Assembly (NCBI RefSeq): GCF_009914755.1
Contig: NC_060932.1
Length of the DNA: 64,000 bases
Strand: one strand, 5' to 3'
DNA from: the human T2T-CHM13v2.0 reference genome, Homo sapiens
The position numbers were made by a program, and so were the translations under genes. Numbering within the stretch: the first letter of the stretch is position 1; each line of letters opens with the position of its first letter. Shown one piece after another: positions 61,366 to 64,000 of the stretch. The notes under the pieces were generated by a model. The model had not been told where the DNA came from, ran no database searches, and worked only from the letters and a program-made list of their open reading frames with translations.

Positions 61366-63529
61366 TGCCCACAAGAGCAGCTGATCCTGCAGCTCTGTCA
61401 CTGGAGCTCTGCCAGCTGGGGCAAGTGATGGATCCGCTCTGAGCTTCCACTTCTTTCTCTGGAAAAAGAGAATGACAGGACCTTTACCTCAAGAGGTCTC
61501 GGCCTCTGAGAAGTGTGTGGACATTCCTGGCTCACAGTGGCTTGCCAACCGAGCTTGCAGCATTTTATTAAAACCAAATGCAGTTGCTGGTGGTGCATGT
61601 GGCTGCAGCCCCTGGACCCTACCCCTGCAGGGGGCCGCGTTCCTGCTGTCTGGAGGCCTAGGTCAGCTCCTCTCACCTCTGCCTTCTCAGCTGCCTTTCC
61701 CTGAAGTGTCTGGATCTCCCTGCCACCCAGCAGCTCTAAGGGGCCTCCAGGGCCCTGTGCCAGCCTAGCCCCCTGCTGCTGTGACCGGCTGTCATTGCTG
61801 TGAGCATCTCACCGGAGACCTTCCCCTGGAACTGAGCCAAAGCCAGCCTGGCTGCTGGGAGCTCCTGAAACCCCTGTCCTCTGCGCGTTGGATTGGCCCT
61901 GCTCTGGAACCTGAGCCACCGAGGGCCCATGTGGAGTTTGTTCCATGTGGACAGGACAGGCCACTGGTGGGAGGAGGAGAGGCGCTGGCATTCCAGCCCT
62001 GCTTCCTCACCCTGGAGATTGGCACTCCCCTTGCTGTCACTTCCCTCTGCTGGCTGGGCCTGTTATCAACCTGCCTGCTGGTGTCTCTGTTCCATCAAGT
62101 CCAAAACCAAGCCTGCCCAAGTCCCGCCCCTGCTGACACCCTCCTGGTGCCTCACCAGCTCCAGGTCCACAGGCCCCTGCAGCTGCCCTCCTCCTGAATG
62201 CTCCAGCCCCACCACGGCTCCCTTCTCTAGACCTTCCCCTCCCTGGAACAGCTCCCCTGGGAGGCCCACCTCTCCCTCCTGGCCCAAGTGCCTGTATTCT
62301 CTTTGAGCCCTGAGCCTGGAGGCCACCTCTCCTGCCTTGGCCACATGGGAAGGTGCAGGCTGTGCCTGTGCATAGGGGGTGAGTGTGCTGAGCACCTGTT
62401 CTCTAGTGGCCCCTTCATAGCTCACGGTTCCACATTTCTCACACCTCGGCTGAAAATCCTTCACAGTTTCCCTCCTGCCTCACCTTTCTGGGGCTCCTCA
62501 TCACATCTCCTGCCTATATTGAGCCTTGCAGAAACCTCACCTCGTACCCCAGCCCCAACCCACACCCATGGCTGGTGTTCAACCTCCTTCTCCCCAGCCC
62601 AGCCCTGAGGACCACGCAGCTCCACCCACAACACTGAGAATTCCTCCTGGGCTGCCCGTACTCGTCCCTGTGCCCCCACCCAGACATGGGGCTGGGGTCT
62701 CCCCTTTCATTCTTAGCCAGGGAGCAAATCTTGCTGGCTGTGGCTGTGCCCGGGGCTGTGTTAGTGTGCTAGTGTGTGAGGAAGGGTTACCATGGGGAGC
62801 AAGAGTGGACACAGGCTCAGCCATTGTGGGACTTGGGGGAAAGACAGGTATTGAAACCACACAAATCTCTGTGGGTGGAGCAGGGGCTTTGCAGACATAG
62901 TGTGCTGGCTGCATCCTGTGCCCTTTGCCCAGCTCCTGGCACGCCCCCTCCATGGGGCATTAACGACCACCTGACACTCTACCTCCACTGGCCAACCTTC
63001 AGGTGGGCAGGGGCAGTGTCTGCCTCAGTCTCTACTGGGTCCCCAGAACCATACTCTGATGACACAAAACAGGGGCTCACACAAAGTCTGTCAATAAATG
63101 AATGGGCGAGTGGCCTGGCCTGCCCGTCCCAAGCACACCCGCCCTCTTGACCCCTCCTCCAGGAGAGGATCCAGAACCAGCCCATGGGCAGGCATGGGCG
63201 AGTTTGCAGGCCTGGGCCTGAACAAGGGGCAATTTCTAGGTGAGCACAGAGCCTTCCTCCCTGCAGCCAAGCTTCCAGGGGGCCCAGCTCTTCCCAGTGT
63301 GCTGGGCCCCAGCCTTCCTCCCAGAGAAGCCAGCCATGGCAGGGACACTGTGTCCACATGCCGGTCTGCTCCTCCAGCAGATGCCTGCCAGGCTCCTCCT
63401 GCCCTGCCTGTAGTACCTTCCAGTGTGCTGGAGACAGACGGCAGAGAGGAGAACCAACTTGTGTTTGGAGAGGCTGGACAGGTTCCCCGAGTGGGGTGGG
63501 CGGGTTCATTTGGATTCAGTAGTTGGGAA

Positions 63530-63700
63530 ACACAATGAGGTTCAGATCCTGACGGTGGGGCCCCCAAGCTGTGTGTGAGCTGCTCCCATCCTCTCTGGGC
63601 CTCAGCACTCCCCTCTGCGGTGTGGGGTTGGAATATACCTGCCTCAAGTTGAGGTGCTGAGGGTTAAAGCAGGTGCAGTGCCTAAAGCCAGGTGCTGACT
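63530..63700 (+). mobile_element. MIR (decayed)
   Basis: GGTTCAGATCCTG...AGCTGTGTG...CCTCTCTGGGCCTCAG...GAGGGTTAAA. Confidence 0.6.
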
Positions 63701-64000
63701 CCACCCACATCCTGCCTCAGGCCTAGCCCAGGACTCCTGTCCAAGAAACCAAGAAACCCGCTCCTCTGTTCTGCAGTGGGAGGTGCTTATGCACAGGGAC
63801 TCCTGGGACCCCACCCAAGATGCTCTGGCAGAGCAGGGGGTCCTCCTGGGCTGTGGGGGTCTGGGTGAGTCCTCTCTGGCTCTTCCGTCAGCTTGAAGAA
63901 GGCTCTGGATGCTGAGGGCCGGCTTAGTTTGTAGTTTGTATCTGGTTTGTGATGGGAACTGGGAGGGGAGAGTGAGGGCAGGAATTATTCCTGACGCCAG

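Overview
This is mammalian, specifically primate (probably human), non-coding genomic DNA. It holds one near-full-length AluS and one deleted Alu, and it is GC-rich but Alu-poor. It is dense in ancient MIR, L2, L1M and MaLR (MLT1/MLT2) relics plus a MER20 DNA transposon. I find no credible protein-coding exon, RNA gene, CRISPR array or prokaryote-type system. The long ORFs are translations of simple repeats (poly-His/Val-Met/Asp-Gly at 2.3-3.5 kb and 58.7-59.2 kb, Pro/His/Ser at 50.3-51.2 kb) or chance ORFs in GC-rich sequence. The window looks like a gene desert or large intron with several AT-rich, homeodomain/TALE/MEF2-motif islands that could be developmental enhancers (inference only). 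The most notable structures seen directly are: (i) a 105-bp, 95%-identical templated insertion (40581-40685) copied from 44648-44752 into an old L1, with a 12-bp inverted template-switch scar; (ii) a 51-bp higher-order VNTR hidden in a CAT/CAC microsatellite, carrying 12 phased TGACAG motifs; (iii) two large CAY/RTG triplet arrays, each at the tail of a MIR and inverted relative to each other; (iv) several minisatellites. Repeat families were assigned by eye from remembered consensus features, so subfamily names and boundaries are approximate. I could not identify the locus and I do not see evidence for a new biological system.
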